From: a virus
Taxonomy: Duplodnaviria; Caudoviricetes
Virus record (IMG/VR): IMGVR_UViG_3300010163_000006
Location: 1 to 64,000 of that record
Length of the DNA stretch: 64,000 nt
Reading direction: 5' to 3' (one strand)
In this document: positions 18,302 to 28,970 of the stretch, one piece after another
How the letters are laid out: each line of letters begins with the position of its first letter
How positions within the stretch are numbered: the stretch's first letter is position 1
Position numbers and translations under genes: made by a program
Notes under the pieces: generated by a model
What the model was told of the DNA's origin: nothing
The model's input: the letters and a program-made list of their open reading frames with translations, nothing else
Database searches by the model: none

Positions 18302-20830
18302 TCAACATTTTATGTCGGGTAGTTGTTTTATTTCATCATGTGCACCCGGATAATACGGGATTAACATATGACGTTTTCTACCCCAAGATTCGAACATCCT
18401 TGCTTGTTTAACATGGTCGGTTATATCGAAATACCATGTTTCTTTACCTCTATCACGAAGACGTCCAAATATTTGTTCTCCAATTATAGGAGAAGAATAT
18501 TGATCAAAGTTTATAACGGCTGCAAGATTGGATACATCAACACCAGTACCCATTGACAATGATGTTGAAAGTATAAAGTCACTTTCCATTGCTTGTTTTC
18601 TAACGGGTAATGGCATGGAACCATCTACACCCGCGAATGAGTATTGCCTAAAGAAAGGATCTCGATCCATTAATTCCATCAGTTTCTCTATTATAGAGAT
18701 CAATGGAACTAACAGCAGTATCTTTCCATCGTAAGTAATTGTCTTTCTTGCAACCTTCATCATGTATATAAGATTGTTAAGAAATGGTATACCATCTTTA
18801 TATGCCATCAGCATACGATAATAAGTCGCCTTTATAAGACCCTTACTACCATAACGGAAATGTTCCATACATAATTTTGTTGATGGATAATAGTAGATAT
18901 CTTGGTATAACACATTTACGTATTTGTGTTGATATTCTTCATATTCAGGATTACCAATGAATCGTTGTGCATCTGATAATGCCCGATTCAATATAGTATC
19001 TTCCTGAGCATCAGATCTACCCAGTGTTGCTGAGAGATACCAATTGTGACGAATATTACATATTGCATCAAATTTAAGATTCCCCTTAAGATGAAGATGT
19101 GCTTCATCAACAACCTTGATACCAAAGGCCGATCTACCAACAACATCCATCAGTTTTTCCCAATCTTCTCTCAAAGCATTTTCAATAGAAGATATTGTGA
19201 CAACACATACCTTTTTACTTGGTGCATCAAATATGTTAGTTGCTATATCTGACGTGGAAATGCCCACATTTTCAAATTCTTCACACCATTGTTTCTTCAA
19301 TAGTGTTGTTGGTGCAACAATCAGAGGTTTCAAACATAACTTTGAAATTGCATATGTTGCAATGAAGGTATTGTGGGTAACAATGAAATCTTCTGTAAGA
19401 TACAAATGTTCCGGGTTATCAACCATGATACATCTGCACTTCTCATAGTGTGAAAAACTGATATCCTTTATAAGAAGATCATTATATATGTTTTCTTTAC
19501 ACATAACAGCTGACTCTACAGCCATTGCAAATTTGTGTCCTACTGAGAAGAAGTTCTTCTTATCCTCATTAGGAACCTTGAGTGATAGGTTTCCACAGAA
19601 TCCTTCCACATATTTATCTTCCCTTATATCAGTAACAATCTTACCGGTGCTATATCCGAGGGAATACATTATCCACTTAAACTGTTTGAGCAGTTTTAAT
19701 GAACAAGATGAATATCTCATATTGTAGCGACCGCCGCTATATGATATAGATCCATTGGTATCCATCAGCCCACGTATAAGTGACATTCGGATCTCAGAAT
19801 CATTTACCATGTATATTTCGGGTATTGATTTGTCTCTGGAATAACATCCTACCATCTCAGGAATATCCTTAAAGAAATCTTTTGTCTTTACAGGTTCTCC
19901 AGATTTATGATAGAATCTATAGTCGTAGTTGGATTGTGATTTTTTGAAATCGAAGTTACATATCTCAGCAATTCTTCTTGGAACATCATCAGTTCCTGAG
20001 GAGATTACAAGGGTACTTTCTGTACAGCATCCGTTGCCTATAAAACATCCAAGAACCCATGGATCAATCGGGACATCTTGATGCGGATATTTTACCGGTT
20101 GACACATCGGAATATGATATTTGTAATCATATGGATCATTCCGTCCATTACGAACTTTCCATGGAGATATCCTCTTGAAGTCCTTCATCATATCCTTTGT
20201 CTCAACTGTTTTCCATATTCCATTTTTATGTGATTTAACAGTCCAAAGATGTTCTTCTCCACACATCGCAGTTCGACCATCCTGAAATGTTATCTTGAAA
20301 ACTGGTTTTTCTCCTTGCTCAAATATCTGTAATATCCTTGTCGATCTACCCAATCTATCGAATACATAATCTCCTACCTTGAGATCTCCCATTAAGGTGT
20401 ATCCTTCTGGTGTTGGAGTCGGAATACGTCGTGAGTAGGGTTCCTCTTTGCCTGTGCCGGGTTTGAGTTCAATAGTCAACTTGTAACCTTTTTTGTTTGG
20501 ATCAGTCATCATTTTGATGCAGTCCTCTTGAAGTTTGGATCGAGGTTGACGATTCATCGTAAGAGTCACATTAGTCGGAGTCATTGGTTGGATTACCGAT
20601 GGTCGAGGTAATGATTGGATAACAGGATCATTTATATTTAAAAATCCAGATGATATATAAACGACATCATGTTCTTTACCGAATATAGGTTTCTTAGAAG
20701 TATCATTACCGCTGTAGATGAAGAATTCTCTTACAGGATTTACTAATGAGAAATATCTTAATATTCTCCTTTTGACTTCATCTGTGGGATTATGAATGAT
20801 GACACCTGTTGTGGTTCTTTCAAGTTTCAT
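18302..20830 (-). CDS. Superfamily 2 DExH helicase (UvsW-like), intein-containing; about 483 aa after splicing
   Basis: PGTGK|T Walker A split by the intein, VVDEAH, LSAT, TGVD, QIFGRLR. Confidence 0.88.
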   Translation of the reverse strand: MKLERTTTGVIIHNPTDEVKRRILRYFSLVNPVREFFIYSGNDTSKKPIFGKEHDVVYISSGFLNINDPVIQSLPRPSVIQPMTPTNVTLTMNRQPRSKLQEDCIKMMTDPNKKGYKLTIELKPGTGKEEPYSRRIPTPTPEGYTLMGDLKVGDYVFDRLGRSTRILQIFEQGEKPVFKITFQDGRTAMCGEEHLWTVKSHKNGIWKTVETKDMMKDFKRISPWKVRNGRNDPYDYKYHIPMCQPVKYPHQDVPIDPWVLGCFIGNGCCTESTLVISSGTDDVPRRIAEICNFDFKKSQSNYDYRFYHKSGEPVKTKDFFKDIPEMVGCYSRDKSIPEIYMVNDSEIRMSLIRGLMDTNGSISYSGGRYNMRYSSCSLKLLKQFKWIMYSLGYSTGKIVTDIREDKYVEGFCGNLSLKVPNEDKKNFFSVGHKFAMAVESAVMCKENIYNDLLIKDISFSHYEKCRCIMVDNPEHLYLTEDFIVTHNTFIATYAISKLCLKPLIVAPTTLLKKQWCEEFENVGISTSDIATNIFDAPSKKVCVVTISSIENALREDWEKLMDVVGRSAFGIKVVDEAHLHLKGNLKFDAICNIRHNWYLSATLGRSDAQEDTILNRALSDAQRFIGNPEYEEYQHKYVNVLYQDIYYYPSTKLCMEHFRYGSKGLIKATYYRMLMAYKDGIPFLNNLIYMMKVARKTITYDGKILLLVPLISIIEKLMELMDRDPFFRQYSFAGVDGSMPLPVRKQAMESDFILSTSLSMGTGVDVSNLAAVINFDQYSSPIIGEQIFGRLRDRGKETWYFDITDHVKQARMFESWGRKRHMLIPYYPGAHDEIKQLPDIKC
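19370..20446 (-). mobile_element. Class 3 intein (359 aa) with degenerate LAGLIDADG endonuclease
   Basis: Starts EEPYSRRIPTP..G...MGDLKVGDYVF; block B EHLW; block F CRCIMV; ends IVTHN|T. Confidence 0.88.
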
Positions 20831-20831
20831 A

Positions 20832-23210
20832 TCATATCATCCCTTCTTCATCCTGTAATCCTGAATCGATTATATTTTCACCCTTTCCGGTTTCCTCGAG
20901 CTTAGCTTCATTTGCTTTTGATCTTGCCTCGGATGCAAGCTCTTCAAAACGTTCTATATCGAGTTGGGGTATGAATTCATGCAACAATAATTTCTTAAAC
21001 TGACGAACCACTTCAGATTGTTGGTCACTATCTCCTTCAGTTAATTCCGAATTTTTTAGGAATATAGGTACAGTTACTTCGACAATGGCATTGAAGTTTC
21101 CTATCATTTCATTGGTAACATTCAATGTTTTCGCCGTTGGCATTCTCAAAACATATCGCAGTTCCTTAATGAGTTCAGGATCTATATCAGTCTCCCAACG
21201 GAGTATCCTTCTATAGAGCTTTGTTATATCAAAATTGAGATCAATTTTAAATGAAGAAATCATTGTATTAAATCGAGTATTCGCCAGTTCAGTTTCTTTG
21301 GCGAATTCGATTTGAGATTCTCCGCCGGATTGTACCATCAACGATGGAACAGATGCTGCATTTATCGACTCATTCTTTAATTGCTCAAGCAATTCGTTAT
21401 TGATAGGCATTTCACTTGCGGGTATCGTTTCAAATGTTATAGGTGCCCGGTCACCAGAGCCCATAGGCATTATGAGTTCAGAATATCCATTCACCTTTGA
21501 CATAGACGATCTGTAATTGAAAATATCACTACAAGTGATTCTTCTTGCCGCAAACTTTCGCATTGTTTCATTAACAAGCTTCTTGTAATCCTTATCAAGA
21601 CCACTCATTCTTACATTATAAACGCGAATTGCTGAATTGTTTATCTGGAAAAGAATCGTATAGAGTTTGAGGAACATATACATTCTTGCAGTAACAAGAC
21701 CAGGTTCCAACATAGAATGACCCTTGCCATTACCATCTTTATTGATAGAACACTGGATGACATTTTCTGCAGGAATAAACACAAATCTCATCATAGCTTC
21801 ATTGAATTTATGAGATTGCAATATAGATACAATCTGCTGGTGCAATGCCAGGTTATCTCTCATAAATTTAAGGTTAAAGTTGTTGATGATTTTTGATGCA
21901 AGCTTTTCACAGAAGATTCTGTCAGGAGAAAAAGTGTCGAAACCAACAGCAGGTGCTCTCATAGTATAACCAGTGATACCGCTGTTTCTACGCTGACCAA
22001 CTTCTTCAGGACGTGTCATATCGGAGATATAATAATAACCGATGATATGTCTATCTACACGAACAGGAATGAGTTTCGTGGCAGGAAGGATTTTAAGATA
22101 TATTCCTCTGATAGTGTTGAAAGTTGAATCTTCAAAGTCTCCTTCACCATCTTCCATGTATATACCCTGTTGCATTACCTTATCGAATAATGTATTGACT
22201 TCTTGTACATATCCTTTTTTTTCATGATACTTGGTATTATATACGGCTTTCAAGTCATGTGCAGATTCTTCAATTACAGGTAGTGCAACGTCATCTTCAA
22301 TGTATCTGATATTCTGAGTAACATATTCAAGATATCCATCTATCTGTTTATCGCGTTCATTCTTGGCCTTGACATTTTCCGTGCCGTTGTCTCGAAATAC
22401 CTTGGTTCTGTATTGGGGATTGATTTCGATGATCTCTGCCTCAGTAAATATACCATGGTTTTTGTTTTTATTATTATCAGCTGCTGATTCATTGATTATT
22501 GTATCCTTCAGTGATACTTCAACAGCGGCTTCTCCGAAACCGTATCCGTTAAGTACGGATGATGTTTCAATCATCTCATAACTCGTATTACCTGTGTTTC
22601 CACGATTTCCGCCTATGTTTGACAGACGGTACTTATACAGATCTCTGAATACCTTTGCATATGGGATTGCATATATGTAACCCTCTCCATATTCGAGTGT
22701 ATTGAACACCATGTGGTTTTTGATAATCTGATGAAGTTCAAGACTCTCTTCAACTTCTTCAATCTTTGACATTACATTGACCTGTTCAAGTTCGGATAAT
22801 TTTGATCGATTGAATCGGATATCTCTTGAGATGGTTCCATCGACCACATCGGATTCACATATTGCATCTCTTGTTATCTGTAATGCAGTGAACCATTCAG
22901 GCAGTTGTGAAATTATCAAATCCAGATCTTGTCGGAGTGCAATATCCGCGATTGTATTTATCGGTAAAAATGCCGCGTCCTTTAACTCGGTAGGAAAATC
23001 ATTTAACTCTACTTGGCCATCCTTCGTACCGGGCATTTTCAATGTAGCCATCTTTTCAATGAAGCTCATGTCGGTACTGAGGTTATATTCATGAAGGATT
23101 TCTGTTATAGTTTCCTTTATATCATCACTTTTAACTTGGATAATATCTTCACCAGTAACATCCTTCATTAGTGACTTTATCAGCTCATCAGTCTCAGTAT
23201 TTGTCGGCAT
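20832..23210 (-). CDS. Portal protein (probable)
   Basis: T4 gp20-like segments (TLEYGEGYIY; GHSMLEPG...ILFQINNSAIRVYNV; SVPSLM; RFNTMISSFK); AAAGGAG RBS before ATG 23210. Confidence 0.7.
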   Translation of the reverse strand: MPTNTETDELIKSLMKDVTGEDIIQVKSDDIKETITEILHEYNLSTDMSFIEKMATLKMPGTKDGQVELNDFPTELKDAAFLPINTIADIALRQDLDLIISQLPEWFTALQITRDAICESDVVDGTISRDIRFNRSKLSELEQVNVMSKIEEVEESLELHQIIKNHMVFNTLEYGEGYIYAIPYAKVFRDLYKYRLSNIGGNRGNTGNTSYEMIETSSVLNGYGFGEAAVEVSLKDTIINESAADNNKNKNHGIFTEAEIIEINPQYRTKVFRDNGTENVKAKNERDKQIDGYLEYVTQNIRYIEDDVALPVIEESAHDLKAVYNTKYHEKKGYVQEVNTLFDKVMQQGIYMEDGEGDFEDSTFNTIRGIYLKILPATKLIPVRVDRHIIGYYYISDMTRPEEVGQRRNSGITGYTMRAPAVGFDTFSPDRIFCEKLASKIINNFNLKFMRDNLALHQQIVSILQSHKFNEAMMRFVFIPAENVIQCSINKDGNGKGHSMLEPGLVTARMYMFLKLYTILFQINNSAIRVYNVRMSGLDKDYKKLVNETMRKFAARRITCSDIFNYRSSMSKVNGYSELIMPMGSGDRAPITFETIPASEMPINNELLEQLKNESINAASVPSLMVQSGGESQIEFAKETELANTRFNTMISSFKIDLNFDITKLYRRILRWETDIDPELIKELRYVLRMPTAKTLNVTNEMIGNFNAIVEVTVPIFLKNSELTEGDSDQQSEVVRQFKKLLLHEFIPQLDIERFEELASEARSKANEAKLEETGKGENIIDSGLQDEEGMI

Positions 23211-23235
23211 CTTATCAACTCCTTTCAATTTTGAT

Positions 23236-25056
23236 TTATTCATAAGCAACAAGATTAATTGTATCTTGATCTATTTTGGTATTGGTGATTCCTGCGTTTA
23301 CATGACCATCAAGGGTTAGATCACCTATATTCATGAATCTCAAATTAGGTACAACTATTATGTTTGATTTGTCTAATGGATCAGGTTGTGATCTGGCCAT
23401 TACAATATATGGTGAACCAGTAAACATACCAGAAGCCCCAATATATCTTTTCATAACAGGATCATCGTATGAATTCCTTAGTAAAAAAGGTAAAGAATTA
23501 GTGATTTTGTCACTCTTAACCTTACCGATATCATTAGTCAATCCAGCATCATGATTGAACTCAACAAGAACATTGTTTCTGTTCTCAAGTCTATAATGGT
23601 ATTTAAATGTGATAGAGCACGTCATATCGGTAATTGCTGAATTGTTTTCATTGTTCAATGTTGGTGTTACTTGAGTTGGGTATATACCATAATACTTACA
23701 CCAGTAGAGTATCTTTGTTCCTGTCTCATTAGTGACGATATCGTACAATGAGGCACAGTACTCAAGAGCTCTGTCATATGGATGGAATCTCGTATAGTCA
23801 TATCCATTTAAATGCTTCTCCTGAACGAAGCCATTCTCTTTCTTGTAACCATTGTAAGGCGGAAAGAAGATACCTTTCTTACGTTTATACATATATAACA
23901 TCCATAACCGAGCTGTTTCATATACGTCAAGATTCCGTGTATCCCTGAACGTAAGATCTAATGTTGATCCTTGGCGGGTCTCCAGATGCATTGCGGGTAT
24001 AACAGTATATCCCTCGATACTCTTGGCAACATTTTCATTTATGGACATTGATGTTGCAGCAACGGACATTCCTTGAACTCGGTTAGACAACAGGAAATTC
24101 CAATTCGATTCAACAGCATTATCGAGAAATGAACCTGTTACATACCATGGAGATAATAGTTTTAATATATGAGGCATTCTTGTATAAGCCGAATTAAAGT
24201 CTTCATCGTTCATGGCTTGATTAGATAATACTGCATTTAATGTACTCCCAGATTCATCGCCCTCATGTGCCATAATATAGCATTCAGGTCTTGTTATGAA
24301 TATATGTCTAAATCCTTTTCGCCATTCAAGATCAGCTATAGGTAATTTTGTCCGGTTATAGCTTTTGAATATTGCCTCGTTTGCGACATATGGGTTATCC
24401 TCGTCACCAAGCCTTGTAAAGGGATGAATGGGTGATATAGGAGGTTTTAGGTAGGTACCAAGTTCCTTATCCTTATGGGTCTTTTCAATGTATGTTGACA
24501 ATCCTCCATTATCCGACATTTCCTTTTTATCAGAATCATTGGTAGGGTTAATATTGGTAGTTGCTCCGGAGAATACAGTAACATCCGAAAATTTACCACG
24601 TACTCCCAAGTATCCGTTTCTGACGACTTCTTCATCTGGATTTACGAATTCGGTATTATTCTCTCCACCGAGTCCTTGAGGAACATCTCTGATGAAATGG
24701 CTACCGGGTGATTGTACAAAGAAATCTGCTGTTGATATATTCTTCTGATCCTCTTCCATTTTGATGGGTTTTAGTTCATGATCAGCCGGGACAATTCCAC
24801 GAGGTCCTTGTTGTTTATAAAAAGGACCTCTGTGCGGGAATTCATCACCATAAGATGAAATTTTTCTATTAAATGCATTGGTCTTGCTATAGCCTGTTAT
24901 AGGTTCTCCTTGACTATTAGCAAGAGCTATTAGTTTTTCGGTTTTACCAACGACGAATTGATTGTCTGCCGTTTCCCGTGTCGAAGGAGTATTAGACTGC
25001 TGCTGAAGCTCTGGATTTCCAGCTGTCATTGGTTGATCTTTGTATTGTTCTGGCAT
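23236..25056 (-). CDS. Virion structural protein with tail-tube-like domain (tube initiator/baseplate)
   Basis: HIFITRPE, LDLTFRDT, YWCKYYGIYPTQV...CSITFKY tube-fold pattern. Confidence 0.5.
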   Translation of the reverse strand: MPEQYKDQPMTAGNPELQQQSNTPSTRETADNQFVVGKTEKLIALANSQGEPITGYSKTNAFNRKISSYGDEFPHRGPFYKQQGPRGIVPADHELKPIKMEEDQKNISTADFFVQSPGSHFIRDVPQGLGGENNTEFVNPDEEVVRNGYLGVRGKFSDVTVFSGATTNINPTNDSDKKEMSDNGGLSTYIEKTHKDKELGTYLKPPISPIHPFTRLGDEDNPYVANEAIFKSYNRTKLPIADLEWRKGFRHIFITRPECYIMAHEGDESGSTLNAVLSNQAMNDEDFNSAYTRMPHILKLLSPWYVTGSFLDNAVESNWNFLLSNRVQGMSVAATSMSINENVAKSIEGYTVIPAMHLETRQGSTLDLTFRDTRNLDVYETARLWMLYMYKRKKGIFFPPYNGYKKENGFVQEKHLNGYDYTRFHPYDRALEYCASLYDIVTNETGTKILYWCKYYGIYPTQVTPTLNNENNSAITDMTCSITFKYHYRLENRNNVLVEFNHDAGLTNDIGKVKSDKITNSLPFLLRNSYDDPVMKRYIGASGMFTGSPYIVMARSQPDPLDKSNIIVVPNLRFMNIGDLTLDGHVNAGITNTKIDQDTINLVAYE

Positions 25057-26014
25057 CCGAGTCTCCTCCTTCGTTCGTAATATTAGCCAAAATCAGTTCA
25101 GCCTTTTTACAAGGTGCTGAAACCAGATTATTCAGGCTTACCGGTGTTAACGCAGTTTTGTATGTTGCTGAAGAAACGAGAAGAAACAGACATGGAATAT
25201 ATTCCAAAGCAAACATAATGTTGGAACCACATGAAGTTATGAAGTATCTTAAGTATGTTTCCTCCAATGATGCGTATCTTACAGGATTGATCTTTGTGAT
25301 CATCCTTATTAATCCCATAAGAGATTTATCATCATTTGCGACAACCTCTGACACTATCTGTTTTGCGATATTGGGATCTATCTTATCCTTCATGAGTCGT
25401 TTGATAGGAATCGATGTTTCTGTTATCTCATTTCCTCTGACCACGTTGTAGAAATGGGCAATAGTATACAACATTGCCTTGTTAAGATTCTCTCCTTTTA
25501 CGTACAGACGCTGTTCGATAGGTGCGCATACCATCATAGTATAGAGGTTACACAAAGTTAACATCATCTCGCTGTTCATAACGAACTTTGTAGAATTGTT
25601 GTTAAACTGAAGAGAGACATATGCCGCTTCCATCACAGCCATCAATTTTGTATATTCAGACGAAGCATTTATCTTGTTCATAAACTTATCGGCGAATATA
25701 TAAGCGGTATACTTACCTTCTTTTCCGATGACGATATACGGAAGGGTTTCAGGGATCTTTGACGTTGCCTTGTTGTATATTATTACGATCTTTCCGCTTA
25801 AGAAAGCATCAACAGCTCTTTTTGCAACCACGGTTCCATTCAATCTTATCAAGGCAACTACCTCTTTGAGATCTTCAGGATTTACCGTTGTTTCTTTTGA
25901 GTTCTTTATTTCGGAAATTACATTGCTACCGATTTTAGATGTCTGGTTAAACCGCTGATACAGATCGGTTTCAGATAATTTAGGAAGAGTTGCTTCCTGG
26001 AAGAATTCTAACAT
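24992..26014 (-). CDS. Hypothetical protein (probably virion-associated)
   Basis: 340-aa ORF heading the portal operon. Confidence 0.6.
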   Translation of the reverse strand: MLEFFQEATLPKLSETDLYQRFNQTSKIGSNVISEIKNSKETTVNPEDLKEVVALIRLNGTVVAKRAVDAFLSGKIVIIYNKATSKIPETLPYIVIGKEGKYTAYIFADKFMNKINASSEYTKLMAVMEAAYVSLQFNNNSTKFVMNSEMMLTLCNLYTMMVCAPIEQRLYVKGENLNKAMLYTIAHFYNVVRGNEITETSIPIKRLMKDKIDPNIAKQIVSEVVANDDKSLMGLIRMITKINPVRYASLEETYLRYFITSCGSNIMFALEYIPCLFLLVSSATYKTALTPVSLNNLVSAPCKKAELILANITNEGGDSDARTIQRSTNDSWKSRASAAV

Positions 26015-26108
26015 TATAGCTCACTAACCTTTCTTCTCAATTTCTATTGGGATGGTTGGTAATATATTACCAACAATTATCAAGCCGTTGATTCGGGAGG
26101 TGAAACAA

Positions 26109-27410
26109 ATGGCAGATAATAATGATAAATATTCAGTATTATACAGGATCAATGTATCAATAAAAACAACCGGTGAGAACGGGATTGTTCAAAGTATACC
26201 CGGTTCCGATATTGTATCAATTGCAATAATCCATAACTATGATAATGCAACGTTTCCAATTATTCGTTTAAGGTTGTATTCGGACTTATCCGTGATGGAA
26301 CGTTTAACACAATATCCTGATCAGATATATGTGACGATCACATTGAATGGAAATATGTATGTAATGAATGATAAGAATAAGAAATCTCCAACACCGGTAG
26401 GTCCTGCGACCAATATATCATTTTCATTAAAAGGATACATCGAGAACAAGAATACACCAACATCTGTAATGGATCAATACAATCACGGTATCAAAAAAGA
26501 TTCGGCTTTAAATGTAAATAGAAAGGTTCCTATCGAGATATATTGTTATGACGGGGATTTGATTCACTACATGAGAAAGAAAGCCCCATCTGTGTTCAAA
26601 GGAATGTCATTAACATCAATAATTCAAACATTATTTAGAAATCAAGGAACAGTAAATCTTGATATTGATCCTATACAGAACCAAGAGAAATATGATCAAG
26701 TACTAATACCCAATATGAATATAAATGAAACATTGGCATATCTTGATACAATGTATGGTTTATATCCCAAGGGTGCTCAAGCATATGGAGATACAGATAA
26801 GATGTACATATCTAATTCGGATGTTGATAATGGCGTAAACCCATACCCAATATATGTAGAAAGTTATAAGAGTTCTTCAGATATGGGAGGTATGCGCAAA
26901 TCAGGTAATCAATACCAGATGAATACAAAAGCAGAAAATGTTTCTGTTATATCTGAAACCGATATAGAAAAAATTATCAACTCAGAAAACATTGTATCTA
27001 TCAATGTGAGTACAATGGATATCGATACATCGACAATGGTTAAATTATTCCCCGATGTTAGAAAAGAAAAAATAGCACGAATAAGATCTGTCGGTATCAA
27101 TAAATACATTAAAATGTTACGAGACAAAATCGAAGTTCCTGATATGCTTCATAAATCCATGAGCAAGTATGTGGCTGATACATACAACGCAAGAATATCA
27201 GAACGTATAACAAAGGTTGATGTCTCTGGTGTTGGATTTGACATAGGCAAGTTAAAGATCAATTCTCGATACAATCTGATCTTTGATTCTCCTATCCGTG
27301 GTATGAGTATTAACCAGGCATATCGTGCCACTACAGTAAATCATGTCATTACCAACCTTGATTCTGATTTGTTTATTGCACAAACCACGATGAAGCTTTG
27401 TAGTAATTAA
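26109..27410 (+). CDS. Baseplate hub-like structural protein (tentative)
   Basis: GGGAGGTG RBS; C-terminal hub-like pattern AYRATTVNHVI...FIAQTTMKL. Confidence 0.4.
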   Translation: MADNNDKYSVLYRINVSIKTTGENGIVQSIPGSDIVSIAIIHNYDNATFPIIRLRLYSDLSVMERLTQYPDQIYVTITLNGNMYVMNDKNKKSPTPVGPATNISFSLKGYIENKNTPTSVMDQYNHGIKKDSALNVNRKVPIEIYCYDGDLIHYMRKKAPSVFKGMSLTSIIQTLFRNQGTVNLDIDPIQNQEKYDQVLIPNMNINETLAYLDTMYGLYPKGAQAYGDTDKMYISNSDVDNGVNPYPIYVESYKSSSDMGGMRKSGNQYQMNTKAENVSVISETDIEKIINSENIVSINVSTMDIDTSTMVKLFPDVRKEKIARIRSVGINKYIKMLRDKIEVPDMLHKSMSKYVADTYNARISERITKVDVSGVGFDIGKLKINSRYNLIFDSPIRGMSINQAYRATTVNHVITNLDSDLFIAQTTMKLCSN

Positions 27411-27414
27411 AAAA

Positions 27415-27443
27415 AAAACGGAGGGCGTTATGCCCTCCGTTTT
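27415..27443. terminator. Bidirectional terminator
   Basis: AAAACGGAGGGC-GTTAT-GCCCTCCGTTTT between convergent genes. Confidence 0.8.
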
Positions 27444-27447
27444 ATGA

Positions 27448-28332
27448 TTAAAATATGATGCCATCATACTCCGGACCCAAGTACATGAATTCGGATAGTA
27501 CGTTAAGTGGTGTATGTGGTTTATGAGCTTGTCTGATTTCTGTCTGATAGAGAAGAGTGATCATGTTGACGATGTCGGCATAAAAGTCTTTTGCATTTTT
27601 GTAGTCCATTATAAGGGGGATACTCTCACCATAACAAGCTTCATTGAACATGGGCTGTACTGTAATGGTAAAGTTGTTACTACCATTGATCGGGGTTGCA
27701 AACACTCTAAATTCATTCGTTCGTATCGTAGCATAACCGTTGGTTGCGGGTATAGTCATCATTTCGGTTTTAACGATTATCGGACATCTGAGAATATAAG
27801 GATATCCAAAGATTGTTACCCTATTTTCATTATTAGGTTTTACCAGAGTCGGTCGTTGAAGAAGGACCGTTCCGCATAAATCTTTGAAGGTTTCATCATA
27901 GCTCTCATCATCTATAACAAAAACAGTATGATTAGGTTCTATGCATCCATCATCAAAATCAACGTATTTAGAACCGGTCAAAGTATGGAGTTCCTCTTCG
28001 ATAATCGTTAGAAATCCACATATGGTGTTTTGATCAAGAGCGTTATCAAAATAGAACAGTATGACTGAACAGCCAAAAGGGTTCACATATCTGTTGGTGA
28101 CTATTTCTAAGAAACTTCTGATAGTTTCTCTATAATCTCTGTTATCAAGCATAATGCTAACTACAGAGCTGCAGTCTATTATTGACTTATACTTGGTATA
28201 TACATCACCAAGGTAACCCTTGTATTCATTAACCATATCTGCAAGGTCCGAATATGTTTTATCACCTTCGACGATACGTTTCTTATGTTCCTCATCGATT
28301 CTTTCTACCGTGCAAGCTAACATATTTTTCAT
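27448..28332 (-). CDS. Hypothetical protein
   Basis: GGAGG RBS before MKNML. Confidence 0.65.
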   Translation of the reverse strand: MKNMLACTVERIDEEHKKRIVEGDKTYSDLADMVNEYKGYLGDVYTKYKSIIDCSSVVSIMLDNRDYRETIRSFLEIVTNRYVNPFGCSVILFYFDNALDQNTICGFLTIIEEELHTLTGSKYVDFDDGCIEPNHTVFVIDDESYDETFKDLCGTVLLQRPTLVKPNNENRVTIFGYPYILRCPIIVKTEMMTIPATNGYATIRTNEFRVFATPINGSNNFTITVQPMFNEACYGESIPLIMDYKNAKDFYADIVNMITLLYQTEIRQAHKPHTPLNVLSEFMYLGPEYDGIIF

Positions 28333-28427
28333 TTCATTTCCTCCGTTTAAAAATGATAAATATATTGACGGGGCGTCATGCCCCGTCATTAAATATCATA
28401 TGTGGTTACGCGTAAACACACATTTCA

Positions 28428-28955
28428 TCATGTGTTGTACTGAGTAATTCCTCTGTACTGTGAAGGAATGTTGAACTCTGAACCGAGTGATGCAGCATTC
28501 TCAGCAGCCTTGTTGTCTCTCTTGATATACTCATTGAGTTCCTTCATCAGCTGTGCAGCCGCAGGAAGAGTTGCCTTGAGAGATATGAGCGTATCAATGG
28601 GTTCTGCTTTAAGGCCGTTCAACATACCGAAGAGCAGAAGCTGATTGATAACCTCGATCGCATCAGTAATCTTCTTAACCGCAGTCTCATCAAACTGAGC
28701 ATTGATTTTTCTTCCACAAGCTCGACAAACGTAATCGCCGTGTGCATCTTTGTGTACAGCAAGGCGGAAGTTACCTTTGTCGTAGATGATATGGACACAA
28801 CGCTTCTTGATTTCCTTAACCTGTTCCGGTTCATTTCTTGAAGAGCCGATGATAGGATCAGTAGTCTGTGCGATATCAATTTTTGTCATCTCATAAATGA
28901 TTGGTTTAATAACCGCATCCACTGAAGGGTGGATTCTGAGAGTATCCTGTGCCAT
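28428..28955 (-). CDS. Hypothetical protein with zinc-ribbon motif
   Basis: CVH...YVCRACG; AGGAGG RBS. Confidence 0.65.
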   Translation of the reverse strand: MAQDTLRIHPSVDAVIKPIIYEMTKIDIAQTTDPIIGSSRNEPEQVKEIKKRCVHIIYDKGNFRLAVHKDAHGDYVCRACGRKINAQFDETAVKKITDAIEVINQLLLFGMLNGLKAEPIDTLISLKATLPAAAQLMKELNEYIKRDNKAAENAASLGSEFNIPSQYRGITQYNT

Positions 28956-28970
28956 TTGTATTTCCTCCTA

